DNA from: Candidatus Marinacidobacterium sp.
Lineage (GTDB): Bacteria > Acidobacteriota > Vicinamibacteria > Marinacidobacterales > Marinacidobacteraceae
Direction of reading: 5' to 3'
Assembly (NCBI GenBank): GCA_965204755.1
Contig: OZ242011.1
Location: forward strand, 1,952,001-2,016,000
Length of the DNA stretch: 64,000 bases
Each line of letters opens with the position of its first letter. Positions within the stretch are counted from its first letter, which is position 1. The notes below the pieces were generated by a model. The model was not told the DNA's origin and did not search any database. It was given only the letters and a program-made list of their open reading frames with translations. The position numbers were made by a program, and so were the translations under genes. Of the stretch, positions 9,001 through 18,722 are shown one piece after another.

Positions 9001-11244
9001 ATGCCGCGTTCGAAGCCGCTTTTGCCGTTCGTCCTGCTCGTCGGGCTCGCCGCCGCCCCGTTCGCCGTCCCGGTCGGGGCCGAGGAGAGCGAGTCCGGCA
9101 CCCGGATCGGCCGGGCCGCGTCCACGCTGGAGGCGCCGGTGATAGACGGACGGATGGACGACGAGGTCTGGCAGGGGGCGGAGCCGCTCACCGGGTTCGT
9201 GCAGGCCAACCCCTTCGAGGGGCAGCCGGCCACCGAGCGCACCGAAGTGCGCATCCTCTTCGACGACGACGCGCTCTACATCGGCGCGACGCTCTACGAC
9301 AGCGACCCCGGCGCGATCATCGCCACGGACGCGCGGCGGGACTCCGGCCTCGACGACACGGACTCCTTCCGGGTGATCCTGGACACCTACCACGACCTCC
9401 AGAACGGCTTCGTCTTCGGCACCACCCCGGCCGGGCTGGAATACGACGGCCAGGTCAGCAACGCCGGCGGGGGCGGCGGCGGAGGCGGCGGCCCGCAGAT
9501 GCGCGCCCGCACCGGCTCCGGCGGCGGCTTCAACCTGAACTGGGACGCGAGTTGGACCGTGGCCACCTCGGTGGGCGACTACGGCTGGTCGGCGGAGTTC
9601 GCCATTCCCCTGCGCACGCTCCGCTACGGGACCAGTCCGCAGACCTGGGGAATCAACTTCCAGCGGAACATCCGGCGGAAACGCGAAGAGGACTTCTGGT
9701 CGCCGGTCGCCCGCGTCTACAACCTCTACCGGCTTTCCTCCGCCGGCGAACTCCACGGGCTGGAACTCCCCGCGCCGCGCAACCTCAAGATCATTCCCTA
9801 CGGCCTCGGCGCCGGCGGCCGGGACTACACGGTCGAGGCGGAAACGCAGTCGAACTTCGACTTCGGCGTGGACGCGAAGGTCGGCGTGACGCCGAGTCTC
9901 AACCTCGACCTCACCTACAACACGGACTTCGCCCAGGTCGAGGTGGACGACCAGCAGATCAACCTCACCCGGTTCAACCTCTTCTTCCCGGAGAAGCGGC
10001 CGTTCTTCCTGGAGAACGCCGGCAACTTCTCCATGGGCCGCGGCAGTTCGGTGGACCTGTTCTTCAGCCGGCGCATCGGCATCGGGCCGAACGGCGTGCC
10101 GGTGCCGATCCTCGGCGGCGCGCGCCTCTCCGGCAAGGCCGGCGACTACAACCTGGGCCTGCTGAACATGCAGACGCAGGAAGTGCCCGATGTGGTGGCC
10201 GCCAACAACTTCACGGTGATGAGCCTGAGCCGCGAGTTCGGGGAGCGTTCCTCGCTCGGCGCCATGTTCGTGAACCGGATGGGCACCGGCGCCGCCGCGC
10301 TCGAGGACGACTGGAACCGCACCTTCGGCGTGGACGGACAGTTGGGCATCGGCGAGCACCTCACCTTCACCGGTTTCGCCGCCCGCACCGTCACTCCGGG
10401 CTACGAGGATCTCGACGGCGGCGAGTACGCCTACAGCGCGCGCGGCGAGTTCTTCCGCAACGACATCCGGCTCTGGCTGGGGATGACCGAGGTTTCGCCG
10501 AACTTCAACCCGGAGGTCGGCTTCCTGCGGAGGAAGGCCTACCGCAACCTGGACTACGGCTGGTTCGGCTACTACCGGCCGAAGTGGCTCCCGGTCTTCC
10601 GCGAACTGCGCCCCCACATCACCTACACCGGCTTCCGCACGCTGGACGGTTTCCTCGAGACCAGCCGCCTCCATGTGGACAGCCACCTCGACTTCGAGAA
10701 CGGCTACTACCTGAGCCCGGCGTTCAACCGCATCACCGAGGGCCTGCTGGAGCCGTTCGAGATCCGCGAAGGGATCGTCGTTCCCCCGGGCACCTACGAG
10801 CACTGGCAACTCGGCTGGCGGTGGAACACCGACCGCTCCGACCCGGTTTCGTATTCCGGCGGCCTCGACTACGGCGGGTTCCTCTCCGGCGAGCAGCGCA
10901 CGCTGGACACCACGCTCAACTACCGCTGGGGCACGCGGCTCATCACTTCCGCATCCTGGCTCTACAACGACATCGCGTTGCCCGAAGGCTCCTTCGTGGC
11001 GAACCTCGGCCAGTTCCGTGCTTCGTTCAACTTCACGCCGGTGATCTACCTGCAGGCGCTCCTCCAATACAACGACGACGCGGACATCTGGTCGTCCAAT
11101 GTGCGTTTCAGTTGGCTGAACACCGCCGGCACCGGCCTGTTCGTGGTCTATAACGACACCGAAGGCCTCGGGAATGTGTTGATCGGGCCGCAGAACCGCA
11201 GCCTCACCGTCAAGTACACCCACCAGTTCGACATCGTGAGGTAG
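9001..11244 (+). CDS. CBM9-like / DUF5916 outer-membrane protein
   Basis: Signal peptide, IDGRMDDEVW, WSAEFAIP, NTDFAQVEVD, FFPEKRPFFLE, LFFSRRIG. Confidence 0.8.
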   Translation: MPRSKPLLPFVLLVGLAAAPFAVPVGAEESESGTRIGRAASTLEAPVIDGRMDDEVWQGAEPLTGFVQANPFEGQPATERTEVRILFDDDALYIGATLYDSDPGAIIATDARRDSGLDDTDSFRVILDTYHDLQNGFVFGTTPAGLEYDGQVSNAGGGGGGGGGPQMRARTGSGGGFNLNWDASWTVATSVGDYGWSAEFAIPLRTLRYGTSPQTWGINFQRNIRRKREEDFWSPVARVYNLYRLSSAGELHGLELPAPRNLKIIPYGLGAGGRDYTVEAETQSNFDFGVDAKVGVTPSLNLDLTYNTDFAQVEVDDQQINLTRFNLFFPEKRPFFLENAGNFSMGRGSSVDLFFSRRIGIGPNGVPVPILGGARLSGKAGDYNLGLLNMQTQEVPDVVAANNFTVMSLSREFGERSSLGAMFVNRMGTGAAALEDDWNRTFGVDGQLGIGEHLTFTGFAARTVTPGYEDLDGGEYAYSARGEFFRNDIRLWLGMTEVSPNFNPEVGFLRRKAYRNLDYGWFGYYRPKWLPVFRELRPHITYTGFRTLDGFLETSRLHVDSHLDFENGYYLSPAFNRITEGLLEPFEIREGIVVPPGTYEHWQLGWRWNTDRSDPVSYSGGLDYGGFLSGEQRTLDTTLNYRWGTRLITSASWLYNDIALPEGSFVANLGQFRASFNFTPVIYLQALLQYNDDADIWSSNVRFSWLNTAGTGLFVVYNDTEGLGNVLIGPQNRSLTVKYTHQFDIVR

Positions 11245-11301
11245 TCCGCCCGGCTTCGGGCCCGCCCCGCCGCGCGGGTCGGCTGGTAGGGTTTTTTCCA
11301 T

Positions 11302-12141
11302 ATGGACTTCCTGACGCGCGCCGTCGGCGAACTCGGCGCGGTCTCGGTGGCCGCGGCGGCGGCGGTGCTCCTCTCCGGGCTCTACACCTCGTTCTGGGGC
11401 GGCTTCAAGGACTCGCCCTGGGAGGGGTTCAAGCCGCGCACCTTCCCGCGGAGCATCCTCTTCTCGGTCGGCATCTACGCCGGGCTGCTGCTCGTGCCGC
11501 CGCTGCGGGAGCGGGTCGGGGCGCTCTCGCTCGTCCACCTGTTCTTCCTGGTGATGGGGCTCGAGCGGTTCCTCACCGAGTTGTACAAGGGCTTCTTCCG
11601 CCGGGAGAACCAGGCGAAGTACTTCGTGCCCTCGCGGATCACGATCCTCGGACGCCCGCTCGAGAGCGAGCGGCTCCGCCGTTCCGCGGGCGTCGTGCTG
11701 GTCGCGTTGGTGTTGCTGGTGCTCCTGCTGCCCTATCCCGTCACCACTTTCCCCGGTTACCTGCTCACCGCCTACCTGACCGGTCTGCTCGTCGCCGGAG
11801 GCGGCGCGTACAAGGACGCCCCGTTCGAGGGATTCCGCTACCTGAAGTTCCAGCGCTCCGGTCTGGTGCTCGCCGTCCTGTCGCCGGTCTTCTGGTGGAT
11901 CCGGGACCCGGCGGTCCCGGTTTCGCTCGGGGTCCTGATCTACCTGAACGGCGGACTCGAACGTTTCGCCGTCGAGTACTACAAGACCTTCATCCAGCGG
12001 AACATGTCCGGGAAGTTCCGCCCGGACCTGCCGAAACTCGAAACGAAGCGGCGCGAAGCGTTCCACTTCGGCGCGCTCGCCATCATCGCCGCCGTCGCCG
12101 CGCTCAGCCTGCTGCTCGCGACGGGCGGCGCCGGCGGCTGA
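11302..12141 (+). CDS. Integral membrane protein with internal two-fold repeat, function unknown
   Basis: Multiple TM segments. Duplicated motifs GG(F/AY)KD(S/A)P(W/F)EGF and GLERF..E.YK.F. Confidence 0.65.
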   Translation: MDFLTRAVGELGAVSVAAAAAVLLSGLYTSFWGGFKDSPWEGFKPRTFPRSILFSVGIYAGLLLVPPLRERVGALSLVHLFFLVMGLERFLTELYKGFFRRENQAKYFVPSRITILGRPLESERLRRSAGVVLVALVLLVLLLPYPVTTFPGYLLTAYLTGLLVAGGGAYKDAPFEGFRYLKFQRSGLVLAVLSPVFWWIRDPAVPVSLGVLIYLNGGLERFAVEYYKTFIQRNMSGKFRPDLPKLETKRREAFHFGALAIIAAVAALSLLLATGGAGG

Positions 12142-13685
12142 CGACGCCCGACCGCGGCGCCGCCCCCGCCGGCGGTTTCGACGCCGTCGTCGTCGGTTCC
12201 GGTCTCGGGGGAGCGTTCGCGGCGCTCGCCCTGACCGGGGCCGGGGCGCGAGCGCTGGTCCTCGAGCGCGGCGGGTGGCCGAAGCGGGACGAGACCGACT
12301 GGAACCCGCGCGCCATCCTGATCGAACACCGCTACCGGGGCAGCGCGCTCCCGGTAAACCAGGGGCCGCGCCCGGAAGAACTCCCGGTGAACGAAGTCGT
12401 GGGCGGGAAGTCGGTGTTCTACGGCGCGGCGTCGCTGCGCTTCCGGCCGGCCGACTTCGCGCGCTGGCCGGTCTCCTACGACGAGATGGAGCCGTTCTAC
12501 GCCGAGGCGGAGCGGCGGCTCGGCGTCCACGGAACCGCCGGCGCCGACCCCTGCGAGCCGCCGCGTTCCGGGCCGTATCCGCACCCGAGCCCGCCGCTCT
12601 CCGCTCCCGCCCGGCGCATCCGCGACGCCGGGCGGCGGTTGGGGTTCGAGCCGTTCCCGCTGCCGCTGGCGATCAACTTCGCGAACGAAGAGGCGCCGCA
12701 GTGCGTCCTCTGCGACACCTGCGACGGCTTCCCCTGCCGGATCGAAGCGAAGAACGACGCCGCCGGGATCCTCCGCTCGCCGGAAGCGGAGGGCCGCCTC
12801 ACCGTCGCGCCCGGCGTGTCCGTCCGCCGGCTGGTGGTGGAGCGGGGGCGGGTCACCGCCGTCGAGGGCGTCGAGCGCGCGACGGGACGGGAGGCGCGCT
12901 GGGCCGCCCCGCTGGTCGTCTTGGCCGCCGGGGCGATCGGGACCCCGGCGATCCTGCTCCGTTCCGGCCTCGACCGGTTCGGCGTGGGCCGCTTCCTGAT
13001 GCGCCACTGCAACGCGGTCGCCGCCGGCCTCTTCCCGTTCCCCACGAACCCGGAGCGGGTCTTCCACAAACAGGTCGGCTTCACCGACGGTTACGAGACC
13101 GGCCGCGGCCCGGACGGGCTCGCGCCGGGAGTCATCCAGGACATCTACACGCCCGCCCCGGAGGTCGTCCGCCACTTCGCCGGCGGCGCGGCGCGGCTCG
13201 CGCTCCCCGGCCCGGTGATCCGCCGGCTCCAGAACCTGATCTGCATCGCCGAGGACGAGGCGCGGGAAGACAACCGCGTCGCGCTCACCGGGGAGACCGA
13301 CGAGCGGGGGATCGAGCGCGCCGGCGTGACGCACCGCTACCGGGAGACCGACCGGGAGCGGCTCCGTTCGCTCACCCGCCGGGCGCGGCGCATCCTCCGC
13401 TCCGCCGGCGCCCTCGCCACCCGCGTCTGGCCGATCCGCAGTTTCTCCCACGCGGTGGGCACGGTTCGGATGGCGGCGGCCGAGGACGCCGGCCCGCTCG
13501 ACCCGCAGGGCCGGTTCCGGGGCGTCGAGAACCTCTTCGTGACCGACGGCTCCGCCTTCCCGTCCTCCGGCGGCGTGAACCCCAGCCTCACCATCGCCGC
13601 CAACGCCCTCCGCATCGCCTCGGGCATCTCGACTCGACCGGCGGGCCGCCCGCCGACCCCGCGCCCCGCGTCCGGCCGAGGTTGA
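12138..13685 (+). CDS. GMC family FAD oxidoreductase
   Basis: VVVGSGLGG, GGKSVFYGA, CxxCxxC, HAVGTVRM, NPSLTIAANA. Start approximate. Confidence 0.8.
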   Translation: MTTPDRGAAPAGGFDAVVVGSGLGGAFAALALTGAGARALVLERGGWPKRDETDWNPRAILIEHRYRGSALPVNQGPRPEELPVNEVVGGKSVFYGAASLRFRPADFARWPVSYDEMEPFYAEAERRLGVHGTAGADPCEPPRSGPYPHPSPPLSAPARRIRDAGRRLGFEPFPLPLAINFANEEAPQCVLCDTCDGFPCRIEAKNDAAGILRSPEAEGRLTVAPGVSVRRLVVERGRVTAVEGVERATGREARWAAPLVVLAAGAIGTPAILLRSGLDRFGVGRFLMRHCNAVAAGLFPFPTNPERVFHKQVGFTDGYETGRGPDGLAPGVIQDIYTPAPEVVRHFAGGAARLALPGPVIRRLQNLICIAEDEAREDNRVALTGETDERGIERAGVTHRYRETDRERLRSLTRRARRILRSAGALATRVWPIRSFSHAVGTVRMAAAEDAGPLDPQGRFRGVENLFVTDGSAFPSSGGVNPSLTIAANALRIASGISTRPAGRPPTPRPASGRG

Positions 13686-13795
13686 ATCGTTGAAATCGCA
13701 AGTCGTTGACGAATGGGGCGTAACCGACCTGCCGAACCGGGCGTGGCGCCGCATCGACGGCGTGGCGGCGCGGGGCGCGGGTCTAAATTGACGGG

Positions 13796-14698
13796 ATGCG
13801 TTTTCGACTCTCGTTTCTCCTCGCCGCGGCGGCGCTCGTCGGCCTCGCCGGCGCCGCAGGCGCCCAGAACGGCTTCTACCTCGGCGCGGACCTCGGGACC
13901 GGCGGGACCAGGCCGCTCGAGTCCACCCGGACGAACCACGGCGTCTCGACGAACTGCGACCAGTGGCTCGCCTCCGCGACGCTGCCGGACGGGACCGCCG
14001 TGCCGCTGCCGCTCGAGCAGTGCGCCCCGCAGGCGCTCCCGGCGAGCCCCAGCCGGTTCACCCTCGGCCGGGCCGGGCTGATCGGCGGAGCGCACGCCGG
14101 CTACGCCTACGGCCGCATTCGCTTCGAAGGCGAGTACCTCCGCCGCGCCAACACCGGCGAGCAACTCGACCTCGTCGTCCCCGGCGACCCCAAGCAGGCG
14201 GAGTTCACCCAGCGCACCGAAGAGATCGACAACCTGCGCGGCGACCTCTTCTTCGCCAACCTGGTGGTGGACGCGAGCGGCCGGTCGGCTCGATTCCGCC
14301 CCCACTTCGGCGCCGGGTTCGGCGCCATGTGGATGGAGATGGAGTACGCCGGCGTCTCGGTCCGCACCGCCGACCGCGAGGTCCTGCTCTCGCTCGGCCG
14401 CAACCCCAACGCCGCCGGCCTGCGCTCGGTCGGCGAGGCCACGGTCCGCGACCGGCTCTGGGGCTGGCAGGCGCTCGCCGGACTCGACTTCGCGGTGACC
14501 GACCGCGTGGCGTTGACCGCGCGCTTCCGCTACCTGGACGCCTTCGGGACCTTCGAGGCGCCGGGGAACTCCTGGGATCCGCTGCGCGGCCACGAGTCGT
14601 CCGTCGGGCCGGGCGGCGAGGCGATCACCTACGACATCGGCGCCGAGGGTTTCGGCCTCTGGACGGCGACCGCGGGCATCCGGCTCTTCCTGAACTGA
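13796..14698 (+). CDS. Outer-membrane beta-barrel protein (opacity/porin-like)
   Basis: Signal peptide, GFYLG, RFEGEY, PHFGAGFG, WQALAGLDF, C-terminal beta strand. Confidence 0.7.
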   Translation: MRFRLSFLLAAAALVGLAGAAGAQNGFYLGADLGTGGTRPLESTRTNHGVSTNCDQWLASATLPDGTAVPLPLEQCAPQALPASPSRFTLGRAGLIGGAHAGYAYGRIRFEGEYLRRANTGEQLDLVVPGDPKQAEFTQRTEEIDNLRGDLFFANLVVDASGRSARFRPHFGAGFGAMWMEMEYAGVSVRTADREVLLSLGRNPNAAGLRSVGEATVRDRLWGWQALAGLDFAVTDRVALTARFRYLDAFGTFEAPGNSWDPLRGHESSVGPGGEAITYDIGAEGFGLWTATAGIRLFLN

Positions 14699-14729
14699 CC
14701 CGGCGCGGCGCCGGCCTGAACCCTCCGTC

Positions 14730-15677
14730 GTGAGCCGTCCGGTCGTCGCCGTCGTCGGCGCCGGGAGCATCGCCCCCACCCACGCGAAGAACCTGCGGGG
14801 CGGGGCGCGGCTGCTGTTCGCCGCCCGCCGCCCCGTGTCCGCCCGCCACCTGGCGGCCCGCTTCGGCGGGGAACCGCTGGAGGGCGGGTTCGAGGAGGCG
14901 ATCGAGCGCCCGGAGGTCCGGGGAGTGGTCCTCGCCACCCCGGCGGAGCAGCACGCCGGGCAAGTCCTCGCCGCCCTGGCCGCCGGGAAGTCGGTGCTGG
15001 CGGAGAAGCCGATGACCACCGACTTCGCCGCCGTGGAGCGGATCGGCGAGGCCCTCGCCGGGCGTCCGCCGGGGTCGCTCATGGTGGCGGAGAACTACGC
15101 CTACCGCCCGGTGCTCCGGCTCCTCCGCCCGGCGCTGGCCGAGATCGGCCCGGTCCGCGCCGTCCGCCTGCGGAAGGTCTCGAACCAGCGCTCCCCCGGC
15201 TGGCGGGAGCGGCACGGCGCCCTGCTCGAAGGGGGCATCCACCTGGTGGCCTTCCTGGGCGCGCTGCTCGACTCGCCGCCCGACGCCGAGCCGCCGTCCG
15301 TCCGCGCGGAGTTCCCCGGCCCGGCCCGCCCCGAGCGCCACTCGATCACCCGGATCGAGTACCCGTCCGGCGTGGAGGCGGAAGTCCGCTACGGCTGGGA
15401 CCGCCCCTCCCTCCCCGGCGGGGTCTTCCAGCACTCCTCGGTCGAGGGCGAGCGGGGGCGGGTCGTCTTCGAGACGAACGGCCTCTATGTCCTCGTCCGC
15501 CGGCGGCGGTTCTTCCGCTTCCGCGCCGGGCCCCTCGCGGACCTGATGGGCTTCGCCGCGATGGCCCGCGACTTCCTCGCCGTCCTCCTCGACCCCTCCC
15601 GCCGCCCGGGATACGGCTTCCCCGAAGCCCGCCGCGACCTCGCCGTCGTCGAACGCGCCTACTCCTTCCTGAACTGA
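14730..15677 (+). CDS. Gfo/Idh/MocA family oxidoreductase
   Basis: VVGAGSIA, GKSVLAEKP, GALLEGGIH. Confidence 0.85.
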   Translation: MSRPVVAVVGAGSIAPTHAKNLRGGARLLFAARRPVSARHLAARFGGEPLEGGFEEAIERPEVRGVVLATPAEQHAGQVLAALAAGKSVLAEKPMTTDFAAVERIGEALAGRPPGSLMVAENYAYRPVLRLLRPALAEIGPVRAVRLRKVSNQRSPGWRERHGALLEGGIHLVAFLGALLDSPPDAEPPSVRAEFPGPARPERHSITRIEYPSGVEAEVRYGWDRPSLPGGVFQHSSVEGERGRVVFETNGLYVLVRRRRFFRFRAGPLADLMGFAAMARDFLAVLLDPSRRPGYGFPEARRDLAVVERAYSFLN

Positions 15678-15734
15678 GGCCGCCCCGCCCGCCTCCCGGT
15701 TTCGCCCGGCGGGCGGCTCGTGATAGAGTCCCGC

Positions 15735-15843
15735 GTGCATCGAGGATTCACCTCCACTCACTCGGTGCCCGGCTTGTCCGGGGGCTGTCGCAACAAGACC
15801 CACCCATCCCCTTCGCGGCAGCCCGAAGGGGGTTTTCGCGTTT
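15735..15843 (+). ncRNA. Candidate structured sRNA or attenuator ending in an intrinsic terminator
   Basis: Extended -10 TGATAGAGT (15721-15729), three hairpins, last one CCCCTTCG/CGAAGGGG followed by TTTT. Confidence 0.45.
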
Positions 15844-15934
15844 AAGGGGCGCCGTTCGAGCAGGCGCTCCGGAGGATCGGCGTGGGAATTCCCGCAACGA
15901 TGGCTGGCCCGCTGCGGCTCGCTACCATCGACCC

Positions 15935-16195
15935 ATGACCGAATCGGTCTCGTTCGACACCCATCGGTTCGTGAAGACCTTGGTGGACGGCGGTTTTTCG
16001 GAGAACCAAGCCGAGGCCTTGGCCGTGGCGCAGGCCGCCGTTCTCGCCAGGAGTCCGGCGCTCGAACGGGAAATCGAAAGGGTGCGGGCAGAAGGGGAAA
16101 TCCACAAGATCGAGGCCGATCTTCTCGAGTGGATATTCCGCGCCCTGCTGATCGCCCAGACCGCGCTCTACGCCGTGGTCGTTCCGTTGTCGTAG
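15935..16195 (+). CDS. DUF1640/CCDC90-like small protein
   Basis: FDTHRFVKTLVDGGFSENQAEAL, coiled coil, C-terminal TM. Confidence 0.7.
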   Translation: MTESVSFDTHRFVKTLVDGGFSENQAEALAVAQAAVLARSPALEREIERVRAEGEIHKIEADLLEWIFRALLIAQTALYAVVVPLS

Positions 16196-16255
16196 CCGCG
16201 CCGTCCGCGCGCGGCCCCGGCGAAGGACCTCCGGGGGATCCCGGTCAGGTCGGGG

Positions 16256-17428
16256 TCAGGCGGGCTCGAACCTCGTGGGGCGGTAGTCGGCGAGGAGGGA
16301 CACCGCCACATCGTCGAGGATCTCGGTGGCGGCGAAGCGGCCCACCACCGGGGCCAGGGTGATCCCGCTGTGCATCGAGGCCAGGTAGAGGCCCGGCGCG
16401 CCCGGGTGGAAGCCCAGCACCGGATGCCCGTCCTTCGGCAGCACCCGGTAGCCGAGGGTGACATCGCCGAGGGCGAGGTCCCTCGCCGCCGGGAGCACCC
16501 GGGTCACGGACTCCAGGATCCGTTCGCCCATCTCCCGCGACGCGTCCTTCGAGCCGGCGCCGGCGAACCCGACGCCGGCGCTCACCCGCCCGGCGACCTG
16601 CCGCACATGGACCTCCGGGGCGAGGGCGATGCGATCCAACTTCGGGTCGGCGGGGGCGGAGTGGGCGAGGATGCCCGGCGACTCGACCAGCGGCAGCGCG
16701 ACCCCTGCCTGGGCGGCGAGGCGCGGCGCCTCCACCCCGGCCGCCAGCACCAGCAGGTCGAGCGGCCGGTCGCCCTCCGTGGTCTGCACGCCGCGCAGCG
16801 AGCCGAAGCGCACATCGAGCCGCTCCACTTCGGCGGTGACCACCGTCGCCCCGGCGGCCTCCGCCGCCGAGAGCAGCGCCCGGTTCGCGCTGACCGGGTC
16901 CACCGTCCCCTCGGCGGAGGAGAACGCCGCCGCCAGCACCGGCCCCTCGGGGTCGAGCCCCGGCTCCAGCCGGGCGAACTCCGCCGAGTCCACCGCCCGC
17001 GCCGGGTACCCCCACCGTTGGTGGCGGGCCAACTGCTCGGTGAGGCGGCGCGCCCGCTCCGGGTCCTCCCAGTACTGGAGGCTCCCGCCCCAGCGGACTT
17101 CCAGGGCGCCGCCGAGTTCCGCTTCCAGCCGCCGCCAGCCGCGGACCCCCGCCCAGTTCAACTCGAAGTAGGAGCGGGGGCGCTTCGACCAGGTGGCGTT
17201 GATCCAGGCGAAGGACTTGCCGGTGGCGCCCGCCGCCGGGCACTCGCGCTCGAAGACGACGACTTCCGCGCCGCGCCGCGCCAGGTGGAGCGCGATGGAG
17301 GCACCGATCATACCGGCGCCGACCACGCCGATCCGCGCCGAGGCCCGCTCCGCCGCCCCGACCCCGCGGTAGCCGGAAAGGCCGGCGGCCAAGCCGGACA
17401 CCGAGGAGAGGAAGCGGCGGCGCTCCAT
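16256..17428 (-). CDS. FAD-dependent D-amino acid/glycine oxidase family, Tat-exported
   Basis: RRRFL Tat motif, VVGAGMIG, GATGKSFAWIN, HSGITLAP. Confidence 0.85.
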   Translation of the reverse strand: MERRRFLSSVSGLAAGLSGYRGVGAAERASARIGVVGAGMIGASIALHLARRGAEVVVFERECPAAGATGKSFAWINATWSKRPRSYFELNWAGVRGWRRLEAELGGALEVRWGGSLQYWEDPERARRLTEQLARHQRWGYPARAVDSAEFARLEPGLDPEGPVLAAAFSSAEGTVDPVSANRALLSAAEAAGATVVTAEVERLDVRFGSLRGVQTTEGDRPLDLLVLAAGVEAPRLAAQAGVALPLVESPGILAHSAPADPKLDRIALAPEVHVRQVAGRVSAGVGFAGAGSKDASREMGERILESVTRVLPAARDLALGDVTLGYRVLPKDGHPVLGFHPGAPGLYLASMHSGITLAPVVGRFAATEILDDVAVSLLADYRPTRFEPA

Positions 17429-17444
17429 CGCTACTTCGTTCCCC

Positions 17445-18593
17445 TTACCCCGCCATCACGGTGCGGGTGAACTGGGCGTTGTCCTCCCAGTAGGTCTTCT
17501 TGAGGCTCAGGTCGGCGGGCTGTTCGCGGCCGAGTTCGTCCACCGCGTTCGAGACCAGCGTGTGCTCGCCGGGGGAGAGCGCTCCCAGTTCCGCCTCGAA
17601 GAACACCCAGGCGTAGCGGTCGCGCCGGTCGAGGCTGGCCGCCGTCCACTCGCCGCCGTCGAGTTGGACCGAGACCTCGCGGATCGGCGTTCCGTCGTTC
17701 CAGGCGGCGCCGAACACCCGCGTCCCGCCGGAATCCGTCTTCGTGACCCGCGCGATGACCGACTTGATCCGCTGCCGGGTGACCGAGCGCTCGAACCAGA
17801 CGGTCTCGCCGTCCCGCTCCTCGCCGATGATCGTCACATAGTCGCGCCCCATGAACCGGTTCATGAGCCGCCGGTCGGCGAGTTGGATCCGGGTGAGCCA
17901 CTTCACATGGCCGATCCCGTACCAGCCGGGCACGATGAGCCGGAGCGGGTAGCCGTTCTTCGCCGGGAGCGGCTCGCCGTTCATCTCGTACGCGAGCAGC
18001 GCGCCGGACTCCATCGTGTCGTCGATCGACATCGCCCGCGCGAAGTTCTGCGGGTACTCGTTGCCCCGGATGGTCTCCGTGCCGTGGTCCGCCGCCCAGA
18101 AGACGCTCTCGATCACCGTGGACGCCGGCTTCGCCGCCTCGAGCAGCGGGCGGAGCGGGGTTCCGGCCCAGACCGCGTTGCCCACCATGCCGTGGTGGCG
18201 GATCCCCTGGTTCCCGGAGCACTCGAAGGTGACCGTGCGCTCCTCGCGGGGCAGGGCGCGGAGGTCGTCCAGCGTGAAGGTGCGCGGGTTCTCCACCAGC
18301 CCGTCGAGGCGGAGCGACCAGCCGTCGGCGGCGATCTCCGGCCGGTTGTAGTGGGCGACGGAGAAGAAGTCCTCGTTCGCGGTGAGGTAGTCGCGCAGTT
18401 CGCGCAGGTCGAGCCGGAACACGAACTCGCCGCGCCGGGTGGAGAAGTCCTCCGGGACATCGGTGAACGGGATGACTTCCTCGTCCGCCTGCCGGCGGAG
18501 CGCGGCGAAGAGCGCGGTCTTCGGCAGCGCGGCGGCCGCGGCCAGCGCGGAGAGGATGCGGAGCGTCTCCCGGCGGGACGACGAATGGGCCAT
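17445..18593 (-). CDS. Sulfite oxidase family molybdopterin oxidoreductase, Tat-exported
   Basis: SRRETL, ECSGN, MNGEPLP..NGYPLRLIVPGWYG..VKWL. Confidence 0.85.
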   Translation of the reverse strand: MAHSSSRRETLRILSALAAAAALPKTALFAALRRQADEEVIPFTDVPEDFSTRRGEFVFRLDLRELRDYLTANEDFFSVAHYNRPEIAADGWSLRLDGLVENPRTFTLDDLRALPREERTVTFECSGNQGIRHHGMVGNAVWAGTPLRPLLEAAKPASTVIESVFWAADHGTETIRGNEYPQNFARAMSIDDTMESGALLAYEMNGEPLPAKNGYPLRLIVPGWYGIGHVKWLTRIQLADRRLMNRFMGRDYVTIIGEERDGETVWFERSVTRQRIKSVIARVTKTDSGGTRVFGAAWNDGTPIREVSVQLDGGEWTAASLDRRDRYAWVFFEAELGALSPGEHTLVSNAVDELGREQPADLSLKKTYWEDNAQFTRTVMAG

Positions 18594-18722
18594 GGGACAG
18601 CGCCTCCTTGGAGCGGTTTCGCCGGAGTTCGGCGAAGGAAGAAGACTCTAATGGAATCCGGCGGGGGCCGCCGCGTTCGCGGGGCCGGGCCGGGGAATAC
18701 GATTTCGCCCGCAACTGTCGGC

